The notes under the pieces: model-generated | Told to the model about the DNA's origin: nothing | Databases searched by the model: none | What the model saw: only the letters and a program-made list of their open reading frames with translations | Translations under genes and position numbers: made by a program | Origin: Callorhinchus milii | Lineage: Eukaryota | Reading direction: 5' to 3' | Assembly (NCBI RefSeq): GCF_018977255.1 | Contig: NW_024704743.1 | Location: 34,784,001-34,848,000 of the forward strand | DNA length: 64,000 bases | Shown here: positions 12,701 through 27,100 of the stretch, piece after piece | Layout of the letters: the number at the start of each line of letters is the position of its first letter | Numbering within the stretch: the stretch's first letter is position 1

Positions 12701-14903
12701 AATAAATTAACAGTATGGTTTTCTCCAGTTCAGCTTGATTCCACCCAAGGTGTTCACCGAACACTTGTTTGCGGTCAAAATCATCCTTGATTGCAGCACC
12801 TTAATGTCTATCGTTTTGACAGTTGGCATGTTAAGAATGCTTATTAAAATTTGATATAGCAGATACTGAGAATCTTACAAAATCCTGAATTCATCACCAG
12901 TTAGCAGGGGTTAGAACTAGGCTAGTGCAGGATAACAAGCAGTGTTTTGCAAACAGTCTCCTTACCACCAGGTTGTTTTGTAAGCATATAACACAGTTTT
13001 GTCTATGTAAATTGTATTTGTGTTCTCGTATGAGAATCTCATTTAAGAGCTCTGTGACTTCAGGTTCTGTAAATGATAGTATGAGAAGCCTCAGTGGCAA
13101 ATACTGTAATTTTTCCATTGGCAACAATCAATCATGAGGCCTTATTGCTAAGAATTTGGTAGTTCTATGGATCATGCCTGCCAGTCAAGGGGCTGAAACA
13201 CAGCAAGATCATTTAACTAGCCAGTGGAAAAAGGAAATCTTCATTCATTATTCTAAATTTGAAAACATTGTTGAACCCATTGAGGTATTCAGTCCTTCTG
13301 AGGCCGGTAATCTTCAAACAATTGCTCAAATAAACTTGTTAAGGTAATAGTTACCAGTCTTAAGTTATACATAAAGTGATTTCTCATTGCAACTGGTATT
13401 GCCTTACTAATACTGGCATCACCTCAATCTTTAAGGGCATAAACCTAAGGCGTTTTTTTAATCAGTGCATCACTTGACCCATTAACGAACACCAGCATTG
13501 ATCAATGTAGTTACAGGCTTGCTTAGGGAGATAATCCATAGAGATTCTGTGGAATCCTCAAGATATTTAAACAAGGTAATTCGCACTTGTGACCAGTGAT
13601 TGGACAGAATATAATATATCAGCATCATCTCTATAATCTTTCCCCTGTAGCACCTCAAAGCAATGCAGAAAACCATATCTGATGCCCTGAGCAGAAACAA
13701 AATTTAAAGAAAAATTAAGTCAATGGGAAGTGCTGAAAGATGTTAAAAATAAATACTGCTGAGCATTTGCAGTTGGAGCAGGATTGTTTGAACTTCCAAT
13801 GATGGCTTGCCATTCTTTCTGGGAAAGATTTTTTCTAAGGATCATTTACAAGATCCTGTTTGATGGAATCTGGTACCTGCTTAGAGCTGAAGGGAAAATT
13901 GATTTTCTAATCTTAATCGAGCTGTTCAATCCATAGATTCCTGCTTAAGTAATCTTAAGTATTGTATTTGCCAGTTGGATAGAGCAGTACTAAGACTGCA
14001 CCCACACTTGTCTTAAGAATCTAATTTGCAATCAGAAGCATGATAGTTTTTGTTTATCCATAACCACATACATTCCTTTTACTGTGAATGCATAATTGCA
14101 TGTAGAATTGTGGCTTTTTGTTCAGCTAAATTAAGGTGGTCCAACTGGCAGACCGCATCCAGCCCGCCCGTTCCCCCATTCCCCGGCGAACGTCCTGTCA
14201 GGCAGTGGCAGGAGCTAGTGGTTGGGAGGACGTGGCTGGTAAGGAGACACGCTTGCCTTCCCCTCAGCTACAAGGGGACTTCCTGACAGACTGCAACAAC
14301 GGGTGGCATTATTTCCACCTCTTGCAGGGCTTCAGTGTGTTGCAGCCTGTCAGGAAGCATCTCCCTAGCTGAAAGGAAAGCAAGCGAATCTCCTGACCAA
14401 CTGCGTCCTCCCAACTGCTGACTTCTCCACTGCAAGATTGTGAGCTGCACGCTTGATTGTGTTTCGTGGTTCACTGTCGGGACAGATGATCAGAGCTTCC
14501 CTTGGCCACTGGGGATTGGGTACCGAGGACAGACTTGCCATGTCTTGTAGTGCAGTTTCCTCCACAAAGCTGCCCTTTTCCCAGTGATAAACTCCTCTAC
14601 AGCCTTCATCCCTCTTACCCGCCGTACCTCTGTGACCTTCCAACCTGACTGTTCCTTTGCCCAGCAAACACCAGCTTGCTTCCCCCCCCGCCACCCCATC
14701 TGACCCTCCACTGCCGTTTTGCTTTTGCTCTCTGGAACTTTATTCCTGGAGTCCCTCCGACTCGCTCCCTCACTCCCCTCTTTAAAGGTACGTCAAGACC
14801 TAATTCTTAGACCGCCCTTTCAGTTAACGTTTCCCCACCCACCTTGGTTGCCCAGCTGGTAATGTCGAGCTTTTCTCATTGCTAACTAAAACTTGTTCCT
14901 TAA

Positions 14904-15149
<246 letters not shown>

Positions 15150-15879
15150 TAAGTTTCTTCCGCAGTTTTACTGAGGTTGAAAATAGGAGAGCGTTAAGCA
15201 CAATCCTGCCCTGTAATGCTATGATATTGCTTCAGCAACATATCACTTGAATCATCTGGCAAAGGCAACAGTTATGTTATGGCATATATATATAAACTAG
15301 TTTGAACTTGTATACAATACAAAATTACATTTGTATAGCGCCTTTCGCATCGAGAGGATGTCCCGAGGTGCTGGAGAGTCAGGGAGTTGGACCCGAGCTG
15401 GGGCACAGGATCGGGGCGGGTAGGAGGGTGACCAAAGGCTCGGTCGAAGGGGAGGGTTTTGTGACTTTTATATGACCTAGCATCATCACTTTGAACTTGA
15501 CCACTGCTGTGAACAACAGCATAGATCCCAAATTTACCATTTAAATTTTCTAAAGAATCGGTACCTGGATCAATTCATCGTGTCAAGTACAGTAAATCAA
15601 GGTGTCGCACAAATAACCTTCCAAAGATGCTCTTGCTTAATGAAAACACAATGTACTTATTTCAGTGTGTTACCAACTTTGTTTTAAACTGAGAATTCCG
15701 TTGTCAAGTGATTATTTTCCTACAGATGTTTGAGACTGTAAGGTAAGTCTATTTGGATGTTTATGTGGTCAGCCTGGCTCAGTTGGTAACGCCTTTACCT
15801 CTGAATCAGAAATTGTGGGTTCCACATTGGTACTGTGAACTGACAACCTTCTGACTCAGAAGAGTTTGATGCAGATGAG

Positions 15880-16200
15880 CGTATGGGCAGTGGAGTTTTG
15901 AATTAATTGGATTTTTGTGGATAGTGGAACTGGGAAGACTGGTGAGGAGGGCATTGGAATAATCGAGGGTGACGAACGCATGAATGAGGGTTTCAGCTGT
16001 GTTGGGTTTGAGATGTGGTCGGAGGCACACAATATCACTGAGGTGGAGGAAAGTGGACCAGGTTTGAAGTAGGAAGGATATTTGAGGATTAAATTTGATG
16101 CCTAGGTTACATACAGGATTTGGTAAGCTTGAGGGATAGGCTGAGGAGGTCAGAGCCGCAGGAGAGAAGACGTTGGCGGGAGCCAAGGAGAATGGCTTCC
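15880..16200 (-). mobile_element. L2 LINE fragment
   Basis: AETLIHAFVTLDYSNALL motif. Confidence 0.75.
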
Positions 16201-16691
16201 AAGACATTCCCAGAGTATGAAAACATGACTCCTAATGAGCTTTTTTTTAAGTTGAGACTGAAATCTGGAAATAGCTTGCTGAAATCCTGACTGATGATAG
16301 GAGCCTTAACCTAAAGTAATGATGTACCGTTGTAAGTTGTTAGCTTTTTAATTGATCTGTACTAATTACAGTGATGATAATCTCACGATGTATTCAGCTC
16401 TGATTCTTGACTAAAAATCTGTTTGAGTGTTCATAGAGATGAAAAGGCACCTCCACTATTTGTATTGAAGGTTTATTGATCTGTTAAAAGTTGATTTAGT
16501 TATTCAAAATCAATGGTACTATTGTAAAATCTTTTAACTCTTCACTTTCTTTGATGAAATGCCATTAGTTCAGATTTGCAGCCAGTTATTTCCACTTTGT
16601 ATAAATTTTTTGTAATTTGGGTTTTGTGTTGGATTTGTTCCAGTTCCAATCATGGAATCTAATGTTTAGTTGAAGTTTATTTTGTGACTAA

Positions 16692-16850
<159 letters not shown>

Positions 16851-16947
16851 TAATGCTTGCTATTTTATAAATGATTTTCCAAAACTGAATCATGCTCTGT
16901 GCAAGTTCTACAAATTATTCTGTACGTTTACACAGTTTGAGTAGTGA

Positions 16948-17127
<180 letters not shown>

Positions 17128-18054
17128 TAACTTTGTCTCCAACAAATTGAAACAATAGTTTGTACATTTCTGATTTATTACTAACTTATATNAAAAAATT
17201 AACTGGGGAGTAGAAGTTGTCAAGTGATTTTATCTCCCATCAGTTGAGTTTTTAAGTTATTGACTTGGTCACTGAATCGGTATTCCAGTTTTTTGTTTAG
17301 GAACAAGTAAGAAAGAAAAAGGAGACATGAAATTACAGTCTTGTCTTAACTATATAATCTAGTACCAACCTACCTGCCAATCATGAAGGAATTGTTGATG
17401 TTTTTTCCAGACAAGAGGAAGGGAGTATTATTAAACAGAGCTGTTTGACTTCTCTCTTGTCTTCTGATGAAAACAGTGAAAACAGCAAGTGAAAATTGTC
17501 AGCTTTGTATATTCACATTTATAGATCTCGGATGAATTTGTGATTGGCAGATGTTTCACGTGTTTCATTCAAGTTCTATAAGCTGTAGAAAGTAAAGTCA
17601 CCAAATGTTTCACATCCTAATGCTGTCTCCAGCTACTGCCTTTCCGTACACCAGAATAAGATGCTCCTATCAGCCAACAACAGAAGCTGACTAAATTGTA
17701 CAATGCAAAATTATGTTTTCTCGTATGGAGGCATATGCTAAAGATTCTCCTACCTGCATCATTTGCTTACAATGCCTTAGATGTTTTTAAAACCTCCAGT
17801 GACAGATAAAATATATTTAATGTCTCAGCAGCTTTTCAGGATGCAAATACCAGGACCAACATGAGCACTGAGCTACTAATGTGATAATGTGCTGTGATAA
17901 ATAACAGTTTATTCAGTGGCATCCAAGCTCGCTGGGATTATTTTGAAGTTAAGAGTAAGGTTATATGATGAGAATAGCGTAAATAAATTGTTAAAACTTT
18001 TAATTCAATTTTCATGCTGCTGATTAAGTCCGCTGATGCCGCTGATTAAGCTAT

Positions 18055-18431
18055 GGAGGCCTGTAACTCAGTGATTAGAGCACTCGCCTCACAAGTGAGA
18101 GGCCCTGGGTTCAATTCCCGGCAGGGTAAAACATTGGACAAGTTTCCTTACTCCACATGCCTCTGTTTATCTAGCTGTAAGTAGGAACCCAGTTGCTAGT
18201 CGAATGACAGATCGCTTTTCCGGGGATAATAATCCCTTCAAAAAAATTTAAATAAAAATAATAATTTGGTCACTCAGTTCATGACTGTTTGTGGGACACA
18301 TCTATGCGCAACTGGCTGCTGGGTTTCGCCCACAAAATATACAGTCGGTCCACTTTGCATTGTATTTTGTGAAGCTCTTGGAGACGTCTAGAAGACGTGA
18401 AAAGTGCTACATCAAATGCAAAGATTATTAT
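18055..18431 (+). mobile_element. full-length tRNA-derived SINE
   Basis: A-box taactcagtga, B-box ggttcaattcc, core and tail. Confidence 0.88.
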
Positions 18432-19205
18432 AGCCAAAATCTAGTTGGTCATTTCACTGTCCTGACTACCTTCAGTATGCGGGCCTTCTCTGAGATAAAT
18501 ACAAAGAAAGAATGTATAAGGGATTTGTTTACATTCAAAAAGGATAAAACATGATATTGTCAATAAAGCATACCTTGTCCACATTACCAATCTTCAGGAA
18601 ATGCAGCTTCTTAAGATTCACTCTTAAACCATTCATTTCCTGAATTGTCTGTGTGGATGATTCGAATTCTGGTCCATGCAGAGTTTCTCGGTCTCAGCTG
18701 GGGCTGCATGGGTAGTCTTCCCTGGGTTAGGGGTACAAAACTATGGTTTCTGCTTCTTGTTCCTCTTCAGTACTACTGGAAGTATACAGGTGTGGCAACC
18801 GAGTGAAGCGAGGTCGGGTTCATCTCTGAAGCCAGTTTATACTCACTGCCAAGACTCGCACTGAACAGTGGCCACTTGGATGGGGTACTGGAGGGCAACC
18901 CGTGCCCATAGAACCACATTCCAGAAAGAGAAGACTCGGGATCAGGAGCATTTTGCCAATGGGGAGAAAATTAGAAGGATACTAACAAAAGTTAAAAAGG
19001 AAAAGTAAAATAAATACACAAAAATATTTTGATGATCACGACACCGACAAATATCTACAATTACTAGCTAATTGTATTTGAAATATCTAATTTGGAATTC
19101 AATCTTTATCAGAAGTGTGCAGATCATTTGGAGGCCTGTCGCATTGTGGGTATTGCTTTCAAAAAGTGTTCTCCAAAGTTTAGACCGATGGCAACTATTT
19201 GTTAA

Positions 19206-19367
<162 letters not shown>

Positions 19368-20088
19368 TAAATCTTTTATGTTAACATCTGAGGTAAAAAT
19401 CTACTTTCTGATAATTTCGTTTTTTTTCCTCCCTTTGAGTCTCCCTATGCCACACACATTTTCTGGTCAATAAAGTGATCTGAAAACCTGTTCTGAGGCT
19501 GCCATCAGTTCTCAATAACATAATTTCCAGAAAATATTAAGTGCAGGTTGGCAAGGATCAAGTTTTGGGGACCCCAGAGTGTGTATTGGGGTACTGCTGG
19601 AGTCTTACCAGCAAAAAAACATATAGTTTGCCATTGAGAGCACTATCTGGCAAGTTTTCTCACTGCTTGTCCAGTTAGGACACCCTAATTACCAGGAATT
19701 ACCTGCGATCCTCCCGGTGGGCAAAACAGCTCAGTGTAAAATGCGTGAGAGCATTGCCACCATCTTCTTGTCTGCAGCTCAGGTAACAAATTTGAATTGG
19801 GCACAAATCTGCATCTTATAGCAGTGTCCAATCTACTTTTTCCACTTTCTCCAATCTCTCCCTGATTTTAAGTTGTTTTTTTTCCTTTCCTTAATTCACC
19901 AATGACTTAGCTAAAGTCCTTGTGGGAAATCGGGTTGTAATCCAGGGTCTTAATATTCTATGGTGAGGTGTCTTGGGATATAACCAGCATCTGTGTACAT
20001 GTGTTACTTGATAACATTTAGCAATTTATATTTTATGTTGGGAAGGAAAGTTCCGCAAATGTTCTAACCATAAGCAATTGTATTTTAA

Positions 20089-20292
<204 letters not shown>

Positions 20293-20628
20293 TAAATCTT
20301 ATAATTTGTAATAGAAAATGTGTACCCTAAGGTTTTGAGAATCCATTTTGTAATTGTTCATTTAATTTAACACTTAGGGTTGAGAACAAATCCTTAATTA
20401 TTAGTGGAGCTGGGGAGAAATCTTCACAAGTTCCAAAACTACACCTGGAGAGGGAGGGGGGGGGCGCGGTGGGGGGAGTAGGTTAGGAACTTGACGATTG
20501 ACACTTGATGATAGCTGCCATCTAATTTCCTCAGTGACTGTCTTTGCTTTGGTGGAATTGAATTTAACCAAAATTATCTTGTTCTTAATTGTGTTTCTGG
20601 TTTGTGTTTATAGTTTGGGTATATGTAA

Positions 20629-20832
<204 letters not shown>

Positions 20833-23524
20833 TGACTTTTAGATTGTTGTGTCAATGGGAGGTGGCATTTATTGGCCTGGTCTTTAAAGACCTTGAATAA
20901 ATCAAAATTCTTATTTGTTAATTTTACTGAATTGTGCTTCACAACGTTTGTGTATGAAATAGTTATTTTTCTATGGTTATCTCTAAAGATCTTATATAAT
21001 TTCTTGAAATGTAATTGCTTGATAATTGACTAATGTTGTCAATCTTGTGGTTTTATCATTGTTTAATTGTTTGGCTCGGCCCGATATTCTGTATTCATTA
21101 GTTAAAAATGCATGAAAATTTCCATTTAATTATCCTTTTGTTAGCGTTTCATGTTTTTAATTTTAGTATATTGAGGACTTTTTTTAATCTCAATCCGTTG
21201 CATTCTCAGCACTTTCACCCACAAAATATACGTCAATTCACTTTTACAATATACTCTGTGAACTGCTTTAAGATGTCACAATGACGTGATAAGGCGCTAT
21301 ATCAAATGCAAGGATGATTATTATTATGGTAGTGTGAAGGTGCCGAGACAAAGTACCACCTCACATGACAATAGCTGAACCCATAGGGTAGTTACCATTC
21401 TATAATATGCAATATATTGAGTATATCAAAAACGAAAATGATCTTGCTTAGTCCCAATCATGTAATATTATTTTGAAGGTGTATAAATCTGCTCTGGAGG
21501 ATGCTACCAAATATAATGAGAAGCAATTCTGATTGCACTTTGCTGCAATTACTTCAAAGGCTTTCAATTGTAGATCAAAAAGATGGGAAATTCTGCCTCT
21601 CTCTCTCAGTATGTTAAGCGCCTGAATCTTAGGGCACATTGAATGAATTTTGATGTTATTTCCTCGGAATTCCTACTTTTAAACAAAATATTTAAAATGT
21701 CTGCAAATATGAATTAATTTCTTGTGGGTCAGCATGGGAAAAGATCAGTTTTAGATGAAATGTATTCAAATGTGAAAGTACATTATCTAGTATCTAGGTA
21801 CCTAAACCTTTTCTTGATGTGGGCGACATTGTCTGTTCAACGCGGGAAGTGATGTTGTGTACAGTAGATCAACGTGTATTCGCACCCTGGTTATATGTGT
21901 CTGCTTGTCTACGTTGTTGCATAAATGCCATCCCATCTTGACAAAAGAATAGTTACACACATTCCCACGGTTTCCAAGGACATGATGTGTCCAGCACAGC
22001 TCACGATGGAACCAAGATACCTGCTTATTTGGCATTGCTACAGTTGGAGACAGGGAGAGAGACAGAAATATGGAAAGTTAGAGAGGAGGAAGGAGAGACT
22101 CGTAGAGAAAGCTTTCAGTCTGGCACAATATTGATGGTATAAATCAACGGAAGAAATATTTAGTTAGCACTGTAGCCAATTTGTATTTTGCATGATGTTC
22201 CATCAGCTGTATAGTTTCATAACAGTACCCAATTAGTGTGGATAATGGACTCTACTTTAATATTTACCAGTACCCACCCAGGCACTCAACAGCACTGTAG
22301 TTCAAGCTCAAAGCTCAAGATCTGCACTGATTGGGACTGGCCCCCATTGCAGATTTGAAAACAGTGAATTATGGGTGTGCGTGTGTGTGTTGAGGAAAAC
22401 TGAGTGTTGGGAGACAATTCTATGCTCCGTTGCAAGTGATTCATGTGACATGCTTGCATTCACCCACTGAAGAGATCTCTGATTTGACAGCCTGGTTTGA
22501 ATAAGGTGGATAACAATTGGTGGAATGTTTAGTTTAAGTTGAAAGCTCAAGTGAAGAATAGTGGAGAGTTTTGCCTAATGCAGTCTGTTCCAGTCGTTTC
22601 TGTGGAGATGAGGTGAGGGCTGATCAGGCTGCACTGGAGAATGAAAAAATATCTTAAGAACAAGAAAATTACTTGAGAAGAAAAAGAACCAGTTCATCCA
22701 CAGTCTCACTGGCCAAGAAATATCATATAGGTCTCATCCTGGCTAAGTTTGTAGTGCTCAACTACAAATTGTTGAATTAATTTCAACAGATTGCTTGTTC
22801 AAGCCCCATGTCAGGAATTTGATCTTGTATAGTCTAGCTGACACTCCCAATTGCAGTGCTGCGGGTGTGCTGCGCTGTTGGAGCTGCCATCCTTTGGGTG
22901 ACATGATAAACTGAGGCCCCATCTACCTGTTCAAGTGGACATTAAAGTTTTTATGGAATTATTTGAAAAGAGAAGGGACCTTCCCCTGGCCAACAATCTC
23001 CCGTGTAAAAAATTGGTCATTGACTTCATAGCTGTTTGTTAGATATTTCTGTGCACAAATTGGGTGGTACGGTCGCTTACAAAATATAGTCAGTACTCAG
23101 TACTCTTTATGATTAATTCTGAGATGCCCTTTGAGACAGTTTGATGACATAAGGTGCTATATCAAAACAATGGAGGAGTGGGTAATTGTGTCTCGAAGGA
23201 AGGAATACAGCCGAGGAAGGAAAGGAATAGATTAGAAAGATCTATAGGGATGAGGGGAAAGAAGCAGAGGGAAATTGAGTCATAGTAAGTGCATGATTCC
23301 AGATGCATATTAGTAAGATCTATGAATAAGGTAAGTAGAACTTGTTGAATATAATTAGTAATTGAATCCCTGCTATGTCTCTATGGGGCATGAAAAAACT
23401 TACTGTAATGTAATATTTGAAATTCAGCAAATGTTTTAGCATGTTTTGGGAATTAAAGTGAAAGCCTAATTTAAGGGGATTGTTTTATCCTGTCAATATC
23501 GCAAGATGTTTAGGCCACTTTGTA

Positions 23525-23621
23525 CAGGGTGACTAAAAAGTTGATACCTTCACAATGTCTAATAAGTCTTAAGGAATTTTTTTTAAGATAATAGGGTAGA
23601 TATGAATTTTTGGCCACCCTG
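23525..23621. mobile_element. Tc1/mariner-type MITE
   Basis: TA-cagggtgactaaaaagtt ... aatttttggccaccctg-TA: imperfect TIRs and TA on both flanks. Confidence 0.7.
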
Positions 23622-23982
23622 TATTTCAGCCTTGACACCATTTAGTTATTTTTATATACTAGGCTGTTATTGCATCCTGTTTCATATCCCCCTCTTTCAA
23701 TGAGGATAGCCACAACTATGTTTGCAACAAAAAAGTCTTTAAGTGTTGCAGGCATTCAGTTTTAATTTAAGGCAATATTTCAATGTTAAAAGTTACATAT
23801 TTAATCATTGTTTCACATGGCTGTGGTATTCCTTTAACATTGATCTTGGATACATTACTTAGAGTGTGTAGATATATTACAGTAAAATAATTGTGTTCTG
23901 AATGTGCTGTACATGTGAATAAACACATGTAAGCACACAATTGCATTAGACTAAAGCTTCTGTTCTTTTGTTTTTGGTTTAG

Positions 23983-24186
<204 letters not shown>

Positions 24187-27100
24187 TCGGAGGATTTAAC
24201 GGGTTTGAGCAATTAAACAAAGACTGGAAAAGTCAGAGAAAAAAAGTATTTTAGTATATGTCAAACACGATGTTGTTTACCGTGAAATACGCATGGTTAA
24301 GTTAAAAATGTTATTTCGAGTAGGAATATGAGTCACTGTAAATATATTGATTTGTGTTTTTTCCAGACGTTTTTCTTCATACTTTCACTGTAGTTTTTGT
24401 TGAGTTGTTTTAACTGCTAAGACTGCACACAAACAGTTTAAAGTTATTTTTAAGTCCTTGTAAAACACTGGTGTTTCTTTAGGAGGAAAATTCTGGCGCT
24501 CAATCTCCAAAACACACCTTTGTTTTTGTGCAGACTTGGCCCATCCTTGTCTCTGTAACAATGGCCGAGGTAAAATGATGTTTATATTCACATTTTCCTA
24601 GGTGTGTGTGCAGGCCAGCATGCCCTTGGTGTACTCAGTGCCGAAGGGGTCTGTCCCTACCTGTGCCTGCTTACAGGGATGGTCACATCATTAAAAGCAG
24701 GTTGTGTACCACTTTCAGTACACTGAAGGTAAGCTAAACCATCAACATTATTGGTGTATTAAGCATTCATTGTCGCAGATAGGTGGTATAGCTTAGGAGT
24801 GGAAAGTATTAGCATCATGGCAGAATGCCTTGCATGCTGGTGAATGTTATAAGATCTTGTTTGTGAACTTGCTAATGTATTAGTAAGACAATGGCAAAAT
24901 ATAGAGTCTTTAGTGTGGGAAGTTTGATGAGTATAGCACCTTCAGTGTACTGTTTATATATTACTATTTGAAGTTGTAATAGAATTGTGGTAGAAATTTG
25001 TCAATGCCATAAAATTCTGTTAGTAAATCTGTACCTATAGTACATAATAAACAGAAGAAGTTTCATTTAGTCATTAAAATGGAAGAAAATTGGGATTTTA
25101 TATTTCTTTGTAGATGTCTAAAGTGACAATTTCTGAATTTTTAAAATTAAAATTGATTAAGAAATTGTTTTACAGTAAGAAAGCATTTCCTTTGCGACAT
25201 TATGTGCATTAGTTTCATTGTTTGTGATCATGTTTCTCTCAATACAGGCATACATAACCTTCCACTCTTGAGCAAAGCAGCTGCTTTTTAAAGCGGTAAT
25301 TGCTTCTTTACCTTTTTTCTTTTATGTTTTTTTGTTTAAGATGAGTTGTGATGACTTGTTGTAGTTCTGTACTTAGCCCCTTCACTGGCAAACATTAAGC
25401 ATTAAGTTGTAATTCTGTTTGCACCAATGAACGTATTTTTTGTTCAGTCTGTTTTTGCACCTAATGTGGCATTCCATGAATGAACCGGGCATAAAATGTG
25501 TTTCATATTCGTTCATTAATTACTGATGTAAGTAACATTCAATGACGATCCAATCCGAGGCCTGCATAATTGCAGCCGGTCAGTGAAGGGGTTAAAATAA
25601 TCGTACAATGCCTTTGCTTATACAAAGGTAGGTTGGGGCATTTGTCACACAACACACACACAGACACGCACTCTTCCTGCATGTAAAGATAACCATGCAG
25701 AATACTGGAGAGAATTTCGATATGCATTCAGATATGTTGGTGAATAAAGCATTTGTTTTGAACAAACCGATTGTAGCTGTTTTCACAGTGGTCCGACATG
25801 CAGTCAGGTCTCTATGCAACGCTAAAACTACAATGGTGACTTGCTGATCTGATCTGTTTTTTTATGCTGGCAATCCCAGTGGTCTTGGATGTATGAAACC
25901 TTTAATGACTCATTTTCTACATGTGATGACATTTTTATCCAATTCACAGTACCCAATAAAATCTAGGATTATCGAGTCACAAATCAGTACACTGAACATA
26001 AAGTGCTTTTAGTTGCTTTAAACCTTTCACTTACTACTTCAAAAAATAAAAAACTGATAAAGATGATTTATGCAAAAAGGAGAACAGTTTTTGAATGTTT
26101 GTTTTCAGCAACAATTTGGTTAGCATCGTTTTAGAAATCACTAAAAGTGCCTTAAAGGTGGCATTAGAAGGCAATATCTCAGAATAATGTCAGTTAAAGG
26201 CTGCCACAATTCACAAACCTATTTGGAAGTCTGATCCACTCATTCATACTACAAAATGACTAATGTTTTCTACTGTTTTCTTACTTCCCTTCGATGATGC
26301 TGAGAGAGAAAGGAAAGCACGTTATGTTACTATGCTTGGAAGCAACAGGCCACGTCGCCTATTCCTGGGGGCCTGCTTTGAATGAGACAGCTTCACCTTC
26401 TCCACAAGGTCATTTCTGACGGCATGCCTAGATAAGCGTTTCATACCAGATGAAAAGTGCATTTCTTGCAGCAATATATCTTAAGAAAATAAAAACATTT
26501 TCTTTGAATAACTGACTTCTAAGGGTTCTCGTGATTCTCCAATTTGTGCTGTGTGTAATGTATTTAAATTAAGTTGGAAAAGTCCAGACTTGAGGTGTTT
26601 ACATCTCCAGCAAAATATTTAAATTCCTTACTATTATGCGGAATTCTTTCACGGGCATATGTGTATTTTTTAAAATTCTATAAAGCATCAAGGTGTTTCT
26701 TTACTTGTTCTCTGTCTCTTAGGTGCACCCTGATGGGAGGCGATGCACATTGCAAGAAAACGAAGACTGAATTAAGGTTTCTGTTCCATAAAGACAATAA
26801 CATTTACAGTGACTTTAATAAATAGCAGGAGACTCGCTGTTAATTTGTAATTTTCAATTGAAAAGGGTGTTATCAAAGATCTATAATGCTAAATTTCAGT
26901 TCCAGGAATCCATATTTTAGTTTTATCATTAAGTAAAAGGATTGATCATTTTCTCACATGGAATAATTTTACATTTTGAATGGATGTACAAATCTTGCAT
27001 TATAATTTTGGACTTTGCATTTAAAGAAACAAGACCAACCTATAGTTGTTGTGAAAATAAATGGCTGTAGTGGACTTAGATCCTTACCAAAGTAATCTTT

